Below, in pieces: positions 1 through 8,925 of a DNA stretch of 64,000 bases. Made by a program: the position numbers and the translations under genes. Where the stretch lies: contig OZ243938.1 of assembly GCA_965214095.1 (NCBI GenBank), positions 2,944,001 through 3,008,000 of the forward strand. The letters are read 5' to 3'. Position 1 is the stretch's first letter; every line of letters begins with the position of its first letter. Source of the stretch: Candidatus Poribacteria bacterium (lineage in GTDB: Bacteria; Poribacteria; WGA-4E; WGA-3G). The notes under the pieces are model-generated. The model made no database searches. It was given only the letters and a program-made list of their open reading frames with translations, and had not been told where the DNA came from.

Positions 1-102
1 TCACATAATGGAAAAATACTCGCAAGCGGATCCCAAGATGGCACTGTGCTGTTGTGGGACTGGAAAAAAATCTATGCAAAAATCAAACCAGATGAGAGAT
101 AA
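1..102 (+). CDS. 3' end of WD40-repeat protein (partial)
   Basis: Frame 1 reads SHNGKILASGSQDGTVLLWDWKK...ER*, a terminal WD40 blade; TAA at 100-102. Confidence 0.85.
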   Translation, partial: SHNGKILASGSQDGTVLLWDWKKIYAKIKPDER

Positions 103-120
103 ACAAAATTGATTTAACCC

Positions 121-150
121 TTGACATATTCATTATAAATGTAGTACACT
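121..150 (+). promoter_or_regulatory. sigma70-like promoter for MoxR operon
   Basis: TTGACA (121-126), 18 bp, TACACT (145-150); AGGAGG RBS before ATG 207. Confidence 0.55.
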
Positions 151-206
151 ATTATCATACTCAAAAATAATCAGCAATTGACGATACTCCATAGGAGGTC
201 TACTTC

Positions 207-1679
207 ATGCCGGAAAAGATGATTCTTGAAAAAATACGCCATGTCCGCCGCCGTTTGAATGTGCAAGGTTATTTTCAAACACTTGCAAAGTTCTTACTAA
301 TTGGACTATTAGTGTGTGCACCCGTAGTTATTGTTGATAGTTTAATAACCTCATTTAACATCCCACCGTATGCATTTGCCTGTGTAGCGGCTGGAATTGC
401 GTTAGTATCATACATCGTCCGTCTCATTCGTCCTGTTGATCTACATGAAGCTGCCCGTGCGATTGATATTGACGGTTCCCTAAAGGATCGCGTCGTCAGT
501 GGGTTAGAACAAATTGAACATAAATCGAATGAAACGTTGAGTGAACTGCAGTTAAAAGATACTACAGCAAGATTACAAGCAATCCCCTTGAAACAGGTAG
601 CGCGATATACAGTTCCCCGTGAAACCAAATATGTCGCACTTGTAGCAATATTTGTCGTCGCATTCTCGTTTGTAGAGTTTTTTGCACCACCCGCGACTTC
701 AACTGAAATAGACTATTCTCCGCAAATCGCTGCAGAAGCGGATGTGCTATTGAATACAATTGATGAAGCGAAAAAAGATGCAGAATTGAGTGAAGACGAG
801 GAACTCAAAGAGATTCTGGAAGAGATTGAAAAACGAACTCAGGAATTGAAGAAGCCGCAGATTTCTCCGAAAGAAGCTCTTGCAAGAATGACCGAATTGA
901 CTGCCTTATTGAAGACGAAGATTGATCCAATCAAAATGGCACAACAAGAGGCATTGATGAAAGGACTCGGTCAACAGTTCATCGGAAATCCAATTCTTGG
1001 AGAATTCGGACAGAAGTTGAAAAAGGGTGACTATGATGAAGCTGCTGACAAACTTGACAAAGTGGCACAGGACATTCCAAAGTTTGACCAAGAGCAGAAA
1101 CAAAACCTATCTGATGAACTCAAACGCGCAGGTAATAGTCTAAAAGACAGCGATCTCAGTGGACTTGGCGGACAACTATCTGGAGCAGGCGATGCTTTGG
1201 GAGACAATGATGGCGAAGGTGCACAGGGAAAACTAAGTGAATCCAGTAAAAGCATCCGTAATTTCGACCTTCTCAAAAATCGCAACCAGAAGTTGGAAGA
1301 TTTGTTGTGTGCATGTGAAGAATGTAAAAACTGCATCGGTGCATGTTGCGGTGCTGGTAATGCTCCATCAAACCTGTTATCCAACAGTCCGAGTGATAAA
1401 GCAGGGACAAAAACATCTGAATCACAACAAGGTGACCTAACTTCGCTGGATTCTACACTGAATCTTGAACAGTTGAAAGGTGTCCAAGGTGAAGGAGATT
1501 CTTCGGTTGAAACCACGAAAGCATCTGCTGAAGGACAAGAATCTTCACTCAGTTACAAAGATGCTTATATGAAGTATCAGAAGTTATCTGAGGATGCAAT
1601 GACAGAAGAACAGATCCCTCTCAGCTACAAGTTCTATGTGAAACGTTATTTCGAATCCATCAAACCTGCAGAAGAGTAA
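207..1679 (+). CDS. Membrane-anchored coiled-coil protein of MoxR/VWA operons (DUF4175-like) with Cys-rich motif
   Basis: N-terminal TM helices, long coiled coil, Gly/Ser linker, C-terminal 'EQIPLSYKFYVKRYF' motif; directly upstream of moxR. Confidence 0.7.
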   Translation: MPEKMILEKIRHVRRRLNVQGYFQTLAKFLLIGLLVCAPVVIVDSLITSFNIPPYAFACVAAGIALVSYIVRLIRPVDLHEAARAIDIDGSLKDRVVSGLEQIEHKSNETLSELQLKDTTARLQAIPLKQVARYTVPRETKYVALVAIFVVAFSFVEFFAPPATSTEIDYSPQIAAEADVLLNTIDEAKKDAELSEDEELKEILEEIEKRTQELKKPQISPKEALARMTELTALLKTKIDPIKMAQQEALMKGLGQQFIGNPILGEFGQKLKKGDYDEAADKLDKVAQDIPKFDQEQKQNLSDELKRAGNSLKDSDLSGLGGQLSGAGDALGDNDGEGAQGKLSESSKSIRNFDLLKNRNQKLEDLLCACEECKNCIGACCGAGNAPSNLLSNSPSDKAGTKTSESQQGDLTSLDSTLNLEQLKGVQGEGDSSVETTKASAEGQESSLSYKDAYMKYQKLSEDAMTEEQIPLSYKFYVKRYFESIKPAEE

Positions 1680-1694
1680 ACTGAGTATTCATGC

Positions 1695-1733
1695 TAAATC
1701 ACCGCAGAGATGTCCTATCTTTGCGGTGATTTA
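1695..1733. other. Intergenic stem-loop (attenuator or mRNA-stabilising hairpin)
   Basis: taaatcaccgcagagat...atctttgcggtgattta inverted repeat between co-oriented genes. Confidence 0.55.
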
Positions 1734-1764
1734 ATGCCTACGCACTGCTACCGTAAGGTGAAAT

Positions 1765-2748
1765 ATGTCCGAACAAGTAGAACAGAAACACGATGAATTT
1801 CGCGAGACATTTTTAAAAATACAAGAAGAGATTTCAAAACGTATCGTTGGTCAAAAAGAGATAATTGAGGGAGTCCTCATCTGCTTGATGACGGGAGGAC
1901 ACGCACTCTTAGAAGGCGTTCCCGGTTTAGGAAAAACGCTACTCATCAGCACACTCAAGGAAGTTCTTGATCTTGAGTATCAAAGAATACAGTTCACACC
2001 TGACCTGATGCCTGCTGACATCGTTGGAACAACCATCGTTGCAGAAGACGAGAATAGACAGAAGTTTTTTGAATTCCAACCTGGACCCATATTTGCTAAC
2101 CTCGTTCTTGCCGATGAAATCAATCGAGCAACCCCAAAAACGCAATCCGCTTTGTTAGAGGCAATGCAAGAGAAGTCTGTCACCGTGGCAGGACAGCACC
2201 GTCCTCTTGACCTGCCTTTCTTCGTAATGGCAACCCAAAATCCATTGGAAATGGAAGGCACATATCCGCTGCCTGAAGCACAGCTTGACCGTTTCTTTTT
2301 CAAGTTGAAGGTAGAATTTCCCTCTCTTGACGAACTTGATTTAGTTATGGAACGCACAACCAAACGAGAAATGCCATCCGTTGGAAAGGTGTGTGATGGT
2401 AAGCAGATAAACGAACTGGAACAGATTGTGCGAGACATTCTTGTTGCAGAAGATGTACGAAGATATGCCTTGCGGATAGTGCTGGGAACACATCCCGAAA
2501 CCGATGATGCACCGGAAAAGACAAAGCAATATGTTCGATACGGTTCAAGTCCTCGTGGGGCACAAGCATTGATTCTTGCAAGTAAGGTGCGTGCAATTCT
2601 CGATAGTCGGTATAACGTCGCGCGTGAAGACATTCAAGCGGTTGCATTGCCAAGTCTCCGTCATCGTCTCATTCTAAGTTTTGAAGGTGAAGCGGAAGGT
2701 ATTGATCCCGACGAAATCATTCTGCATCTGTTAGAAGTAATCGATTGA
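1765..2748 (+). CDS. moxR: MoxR-family AAA+ ATPase
   Basis: GVPGLGKT Walker A, RIQFTPDLMPAD, LADEINRATPKTQSALLEAMQE, ATQNPLEMEGTYPLPEAQLDRF. Confidence 0.95.
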   Translation: MSEQVEQKHDEFRETFLKIQEEISKRIVGQKEIIEGVLICLMTGGHALLEGVPGLGKTLLISTLKEVLDLEYQRIQFTPDLMPADIVGTTIVAEDENRQKFFEFQPGPIFANLVLADEINRATPKTQSALLEAMQEKSVTVAGQHRPLDLPFFVMATQNPLEMEGTYPLPEAQLDRFFFKLKVEFPSLDELDLVMERTTKREMPSVGKVCDGKQINELEQIVRDILVAEDVRRYALRIVLGTHPETDDAPEKTKQYVRYGSSPRGAQALILASKVRAILDSRYNVAREDIQAVALPSLRHRLILSFEGEAEGIDPDEIILHLLEVID

Positions 2749-2842
2749 AGAGTTAGAATAATCTGATTGCTTAATCCTGTTAATCTCTCACCTACACACA
2801 AGAAAACCTGTCCTAAATCCTTGATATTACTGAGGTCTTCTT

Positions 2843-3733
2843 ATGCAAAACGATACACAATCCGCATTTGACAGTGAATTCCTAAAAAAGTTGGAATATC
2901 TTTACATCGTCTCAAAGAAGATATTTTCAGGACGAATCAAAGCAGAACGGCGCAGCACACGACGTGGTGTGAGTGTTGAATTTGCTGATTATCGGAACTA
3001 CACACCTGGCGATGATTTCCGTTATATCGATTGGAATGCGTTTGCAAGGTTAGACGAACTTTTGCTAAAACTATATGAGGAACGCGAAGACCTGCACATC
3101 TATTTCCTCGTAGATGTGAGCCAATCCATGACTTATGGTGAGTTACCGAAACTGATATATGCTAAACGGGTGGCTGCTGCGCTTGCTTATATCGGTCTGT
3201 CAAACCTTGACCGTATCGGGATCACAGCATTCAACACAACGGACATGAATCGTTTGCCGACAGAACGTGGTAAAGCGAAAATCTTTACCGTCCTGAATTT
3301 CCTGGATCAGATCAACGGTAGTGGAGAAACAGATCTGGAACATGCATTCCAGAATTTTGTGCATCAGACAAAACGACGTGGATTGGTTGTACTGATATCC
3401 GACCTATTTGACCCCAAAGGGTTCACTGCTGGTCTGAATATGCTGAAGTTTCAGAAACATGACCTTTTCGTCATACATATTATTGATGAAAAAGAGGCAG
3501 AACCCAGTCTTCTTGGCGATTATCACCTTGTTGATGTTGAAACAAATCAACTCCGACCTGTCACTATCAACGAAAATCACATTAAACGTTACCAGGCTCT
3601 TTTCCAAAAGTATTGTGATGACCTTGACCGATATTGTAGACAACGTGAGATTAGCCTCGTCCGGACGACGACAAAAGCACCTTTTGAAGAACTTATTCTG
3701 AGAATATTTCGTATGGGTGGTTTTGTGTCATAA
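2843..3733 (+). CDS. DUF58 (VWA-like) protein
   Basis: EFADYRNYTPGDDFRYIDWN and DVSQSM motifs; follows moxR. Confidence 0.92.
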   Translation: MQNDTQSAFDSEFLKKLEYLYIVSKKIFSGRIKAERRSTRRGVSVEFADYRNYTPGDDFRYIDWNAFARLDELLLKLYEEREDLHIYFLVDVSQSMTYGELPKLIYAKRVAAALAYIGLSNLDRIGITAFNTTDMNRLPTERGKAKIFTVLNFLDQINGSGETDLEHAFQNFVHQTKRRGLVVLISDLFDPKGFTAGLNMLKFQKHDLFVIHIIDEKEAEPSLLGDYHLVDVETNQLRPVTINENHIKRYQALFQKYCDDLDRYCRQREISLVRTTTKAPFEELILRIFRMGGFVS

Positions 3734-3777
3734 CGGATTAGTTTTGATATAAGATTGTCCGTGATTATTATAGATAG

Positions 3778-5835
3778 ATGAATTTTTTGTCTCCCACCTC
3801 CCTATTCCTATTTGGTCTGGCACTCCCGATCATCGCGCTGTATATTCTTAAACTGCGCCGACGACGTGAACCTGTCTCCACCTTGATGTTCTGGGAACAA
3901 CTCTTCAAAGAGAGACAAACCACATCGTTATTTCAAAGACTGAAACATCTGTTGTCGTTATTGTTACAACTCCTGTTTCTCGCGCTATTAGTGCTTGCCA
4001 TTGCAAGACCACAGTTCGCATTTATTACCAAGTCTGCGAGACAGTTGATCTTAATTATTGATAACTCTGCGAGCATGAATGCTGTGCTGAAACTTGATCC
4101 CGATAATCCTTCTTCTGAAACACGTTTGGATTCTACTAAGGAACAGGCATTACAGTTAGTCCAAGGACTCCGATTTATGGACGAAATGACTGTCATTAGC
4201 AATCATAAACAACCAACAATTCAGACTCCGTTTACAAGCCACCAGAAAACACTGAGAGAAGCAATTGGATCAATTGACCCAACCGATATTAGAACAGACC
4301 TAAAACCAGCAGTGGATTTAGCGTATACAATCGCTGAAACAAAGCCGAACCCAGAAATCATTATCATGAGCGACTTTCATGCAGTCTCTGAAAAGACAAT
4401 CACCCAATTTCAAGGGGCACAATCAGAAGATCAACCGTCTGAAGAAGAACAGGAAAGTGTGGAGAAACCTAAACTACACCTGATTAGGATAGGTGAAGAT
4501 AACGATAATGTCGGTATCACACAGTTTCGTGTGCGGAAAAGCATCGTAAATGTCTTTGATTACGAAACGTTATTGACTGTTGTGAATGCTTCTGATGAAG
4601 AAAAGAAATGTAGTGTTGAACTATATTTCAACGACAGTCTCTTTGATGTGCGTCCCTACACACTTTCCCCCGGTGAGAAAAAATCTGAAATTTTCAGTAA
4701 TTTTGCATTTGAAGGTGGAGAATTGAAAGCGGTTTTGGATACTACTGATGCCTTATTATCGGATAATGTTGCTTATGCCACCTTGCCGAAACGCGAGCAG
4801 ATCTCTGTTCTGTTAATCACAGAGGAAAATCCGTTTTTAGAAAAAGTGCTCTCGGTTGATGAAGAACTCAATCTGAGTGTTATGAATCCATCGGAATACG
4901 AATCTTCTCCAAAAACTGCACAGGTGATCATCTTTGACAGATACAGTCCAACGAATATAGGGGATGGCAATTATATGTTTATCTATCCGCCTAAGTTAGA
5001 AAATTCAACAGAGGGGGATGTGCAGGACTCTGCGTTAACTTGGAACATCGGAGAAGCACTTGAAACACCAATCATTACAGATTGGGAACGGACACATCCG
5101 ATACTACAGCATGTTCATCTGGAAAATGTGCTAATCGGGGAGGCATATCAGATTACACCCCCATCAACTGCACAGATTTTGGCGCGTTCGTTTGAATCTC
5201 CTGTTCTGTTCATTGATGTTTCGCAGAACCGAAAGGTTGTTTTTGTTGCAATCAACATCCTGCAGTCCGACCTGCCATTGCGTATTGCATTCCCTGTCAT
5301 CATAGCAAATACGATCCAGTGGTTTCAACACGACCAAGGCATACAGGAATATCACCTGCAGACAGGTGAGGTACTAAGATATAAGTTTGATTCGGAATAT
5401 CCAACTATCACAGAGTCTGATCAAGTAGAGGAATCTCCCACTGAAAGGACGCAACAAACCTTGACGATTACTGGCCCAGGAGACAAATCGTGGGAAATTC
5501 CTATTGAAAACGATGAGATGCTGTTTGATCACACACAACAGGCTGGATTTTACAAGGTTACAGACTCAGACACTACAATTAACAGTGATGTTGATGAGCA
5601 AAATACCGACGAAGAAGAGACGGAAGAACCGAAGCAGTTGTGGGCAGTCAACATCGCAAGCGAAACTGAATCGCATATCGGGATAACCGATGGAATTGAA
5701 GACATGTTAACGGATTCTGAGGTATTGGTTGGTAGTTCATTTTTTCGCTATCCGCCTTGGATATATTTAATTCTCTTGGCAGTAGTATTGACCGTTGTGG
5801 AGTGGTTTCTGTATCAACGGAGAAGAATTGAGTAA
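3778..5835 (+). CDS. BatA N-terminal/VWA domain membrane protein
   Basis: N-terminal double-TM BatA motif (PIIALYILKLRRRR...LAIARP), MIDAS DNSASM, C-terminal TM ending EWFLYQRRR. Confidence 0.88.
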   Translation: MNFLSPTSLFLFGLALPIIALYILKLRRRREPVSTLMFWEQLFKERQTTSLFQRLKHLLSLLLQLLFLALLVLAIARPQFAFITKSARQLILIIDNSASMNAVLKLDPDNPSSETRLDSTKEQALQLVQGLRFMDEMTVISNHKQPTIQTPFTSHQKTLREAIGSIDPTDIRTDLKPAVDLAYTIAETKPNPEIIIMSDFHAVSEKTITQFQGAQSEDQPSEEEQESVEKPKLHLIRIGEDNDNVGITQFRVRKSIVNVFDYETLLTVVNASDEEKKCSVELYFNDSLFDVRPYTLSPGEKKSEIFSNFAFEGGELKAVLDTTDALLSDNVAYATLPKREQISVLLITEENPFLEKVLSVDEELNLSVMNPSEYESSPKTAQVIIFDRYSPTNIGDGNYMFIYPPKLENSTEGDVQDSALTWNIGEALETPIITDWERTHPILQHVHLENVLIGEAYQITPPSTAQILARSFESPVLFIDVSQNRKVVFVAINILQSDLPLRIAFPVIIANTIQWFQHDQGIQEYHLQTGEVLRYKFDSEYPTITESDQVEESPTERTQQTLTITGPGDKSWEIPIENDEMLFDHTQQAGFYKVTDSDTTINSDVDEQNTDEEETEEPKQLWAVNIASETESHIGITDGIEDMLTDSEVLVGSSFFRYPPWIYLILLAVVLTVVEWFLYQRRRIE

Positions 5836-5855
5836 GTGCAATTTGTTGTCTAAGC

Positions 5856-5924
5856 TGCGACTATATGCAAGCAGACCTGACATATAGTAGCACTATATGC
5901 AAATAGACTTGGCATATAGTCGCA
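5856..5924. promoter_or_regulatory. Tandem palindromic operator-like repeat (2 x 32 bp)
   Basis: CTATATG-N13/14-CATATAG twice (5861, 5893); outer 13-bp perfect inverted repeat tgcgactatatgc/gcatatagtcgca. Confidence 0.6.
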
Positions 5925-5944
5925 CTATTTGATACCATAGAAGT

Positions 5945-7086
5945 ATGGTAAACAGAAAATTTTGGCTAAATCAAATAGAAAATGCATGGGAACGTCGGTC
6001 GTGTGGCTGTCAGGAGTCCGTCGCGTTGGAAAAACGTGCTTGTGTCAGACATTGCCTGATATTGAGTATTTTGACTGTGAACTACCACGTGTCAGACGAT
6101 TGATGGAGGATCCACAAGAATTTCTTGACAGTATTGAAAGTCGGAGGATTGTACTTGATGAAATCCATCGGCTACCAAACCCATCTGAATTATTAAAGAT
6201 TGCAGCTGATTATTATCCTCAAATTAAAATTGTGGCAACTGGTTCTTCAACTCTGGGAGCGAGTGCAAAATTCCGGGACACACTCGCTGGACGTAAGACA
6301 GAATTATGGTTAACACCTATAATGATGGACGACTTAAATGATTTCAATCAATCCAACATACAGCATCGCTTATTACACGGTGGACTGCCTCCGTTTTTTC
6401 TCCAGTCTGAATATCCAGAAAACGACTATCAAGAGTGGATTGATGCATATTGGGCGAAGGATATACAAGAACTTTTTAGGCTTGAACGCCGATATTCGTT
6501 TCAAAAATTTACTGAGCTGCTCATGTTACAGAGTGGCGGGATTTTTGAGGCAACGAAGTTTGCTGCACCTTGTGAGGTGAGTCGTGGGACAATATCAAAT
6601 TATCTGTCTATTTTAGAGGCAACTTTTGTTGTTCACATCATCAGACCGTTCAGTTCACGTCGTTCATCAGAAATAGTTTCTGCCCCAAAAGTCTATGGAT
6701 TTGATACTGGATTTGTTTGCTACTATCAAGGATGGACGCAACTACGGCAGGATGACCTTGGATTACTTTGGGAACATTATGTTCTAAACGAAATTATGGC
6801 ACATACTCAATCACATGAGATACAATATTGGCGTGACAAAAGAGGGCATGAGGTAGATTTCGTTCTCACACGCTCTCGTCAAATGCCTATAGCCGTTGAA
6901 TGCAAGTGGAGCGCAGACGAATTTTCTCCTCGTCAACTCTTGGCATTCCGTAGACAGTATCCTGAAGGATTGAATTTTGTCATAGCACATGATGTAGATA
7001 GACCTTATACGAAAACGTATAACGGTATCATGGCTAAGTTCGTAAATTTGAAGAGGTCGATTACAGAAATAACTAACAATGCATAG
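5945..7086 (+). CDS. AAA_14 ATPase with DUF4143 (PD-(D/E)xK-like) C-terminus; apparent frameshift near 5990
   Basis: GVRRVGKT, LDEIH, ATGSS, HGGLP, YWRDKRGHEVDF, AVECK. ATG at 5945 gives MVNRKFWLNQIENAWERR, which joins ORF 5962 only with a frameshift. Confidence 0.85.
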
Positions 7087-7096
7087 GTAAATATGT

Positions 7097-7867
7097 ATGT
7101 ATAAACAGATGCTAAAAGTTATTGGCGTAGTGATACTTTCATATTTAGTTTTGTCATTGATAGTCAAATATGCAATTACTCCATCAACACAATTGAAGGT
7201 AAACGGACAAACGGTAGATGAACGGATACAACACATTCAAGAACAAATCGAATACTACATGTTAGTCACTGAAACTATGGATATATCCTCAAAATCTATG
7301 GCAGCTTTCAATGCAATTGATTTGCGCCACCAAGAAGAAACTGTAGATTTTACTCCTTTGACTGAGACAATAAACAAGACAATCGAAAAATTGAAGCAGG
7401 TGATAGAAAGTGATACAGAAACGATTGAACTGTCTAATGAAGATGAAGGATACCTAAAATCATTGGTAGATTCACATACCAAGTTGAAGGAAAAACTGAT
7501 AGAATTAAAACAGAATATGGAGAATATAAATACGCAAATTCAAACATTACTTATTGACAGACAAAATACTACCACATCAACTATACCTATACAATCAATC
7601 AATAAATTGTATGAAGCTTTTGAGAAAGTATCCGAAACAAAAGGTTCAATAAGCTCAATTTTTGGCAATACACTAAACATATTTCAATCAATTACTCGTA
7701 TGACTCTTATGCAACAAAATTGGGAAATGCAGATCGACTTCAGTATGAAAAGGGTTGTAGGTGGGATAGTATTTTGCTGTCTATTGTCAATTGGAATGGT
7801 CTTTCTTGTTATGAAACCAAGAAGGTTTTCTATGAAACAGTTTTATGCTAAGGATTCATCGGAATAA
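7097..7867 (+). CDS. Hypothetical membrane protein (TM-helical bundle-TM)
   Basis: 256-aa ORF; hydrophobic N- and C-terminal segments flank an all-helical region; very AT-rich. Confidence 0.6.
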   Translation: MYKQMLKVIGVVILSYLVLSLIVKYAITPSTQLKVNGQTVDERIQHIQEQIEYYMLVTETMDISSKSMAAFNAIDLRHQEETVDFTPLTETINKTIEKLKQVIESDTETIELSNEDEGYLKSLVDSHTKLKEKLIELKQNMENINTQIQTLLIDRQNTTTSTIPIQSINKLYEAFEKVSETKGSISSIFGNTLNIFQSITRMTLMQQNWEMQIDFSMKRVVGGIVFCCLLSIGMVFLVMKPRRFSMKQFYAKDSSE

Positions 7868-7984
7868 TGGATTGAATTAAATTTAATTGATACTTATCAC
7901 CCGTACCCAAAGTATAGAGAGATTGAAAAGACAATTAGATCCAATATGCAACTTCATATTACAATCTTAATGAATGGAGAATAA

Positions 7985-8908
7985 ATGTTAGATTCAGCAG
8001 ACACATTACAAGTTGACACCGATGATTTGTCAAAACTCAAACCTTTAGGGATTGGAGATATTCTGGATGGAACATTTAGTCTTTACAGAAACCATATTAC
8101 GCTGTTCTTGGGTGTTGCTTCAGTCTACCTTATTGCGATTGTAATAGAATATTCTATAAAAGGATTTCTCTCAAATCCCAATCTATCAAAGATACTCGCA
8201 TCACTTATATCTTTACCGTTCGCTGTCCTAAGTATGGGTGGGATTGTTGTCGCTGCAGCCACAATATATCTTGGTGGTGAAATCACAAGTAGTACTGCTC
8301 TAAAACAGACATTTCGCAGGTTATGGACATTGGTATTTTGCCATCTATTATGGCGGATGGTTCAGGTGATACCACTCCTATTTATCGTTTTATCCATTAA
8401 TTCTGTAATACGAACAGGGACATGGGCACTGCCTATAATGAGTGCTATTATCTGTATCCCTATTATAATTTATTTTTCTGTGCGTTGGATTTTCTATGTT
8501 GAAACTGTCATAATAGAGAAATGTTCTGTTGGGGAAGCCCTGAGACGCAGCAGTGAACTCGTTCAAGAAAATTGGTGGAAAGTCTTTGGTATTATTTGCT
8601 TGATTCTTCTATCAAGTTCTGCGGTTAGGTACATCCTTGAGAATTCACTCGGAATTGTGTTAATATCTGCAAATTTGGCTGGTGGCACGGACTTGATAAC
8701 ACTCATTCAATGGTCAATTATGGATAATGTTCTTGATACTAAAAGTTATCCATTTTACGTCATTATGACAGGTGCTCAAATGGTTTTAAAGGCGCTTGTC
8801 GTCCCAATTTGGATTATTGGGGTGACACTATTATACTTTGATCGCCGAGTAAGAAAAGAAGGTTATGATATTGAAATAGTCGCAAACAGACCCGATATTT
8901 TGGTCTAA
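7985..8908 (+). CDS. Integral membrane protein (GDPD membrane-domain/DUF7847-like)
   Basis: LKPLGIGDILDGTFSLYR start, ALRRSSELV, LLYFDRRVRKEGYD end; multiple TMs. Confidence 0.75.
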   Translation: MLDSADTLQVDTDDLSKLKPLGIGDILDGTFSLYRNHITLFLGVASVYLIAIVIEYSIKGFLSNPNLSKILASLISLPFAVLSMGGIVVAAATIYLGGEITSSTALKQTFRRLWTLVFCHLLWRMVQVIPLLFIVLSINSVIRTGTWALPIMSAIICIPIIIYFSVRWIFYVETVIIEKCSVGEALRRSSELVQENWWKVFGIICLILLSSSAVRYILENSLGIVLISANLAGGTDLITLIQWSIMDNVLDTKSYPFYVIMTGAQMVLKALVVPIWIIGVTLLYFDRRVRKEGYDIEIVANRPDILV

Positions 8909-8925
8909 ACTTATATAACAACATT

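Noticed and set aside
1980-2633. Long antisense ORFs (also 18595-19251, 52465-53088, 57017-57637)
   Set aside because: Shadow frames opposite well-supported genes
5856-5924. 32-bp tandem repeat as a mini-CRISPR
   Set aside because: Units abut with no spacer and there are only two
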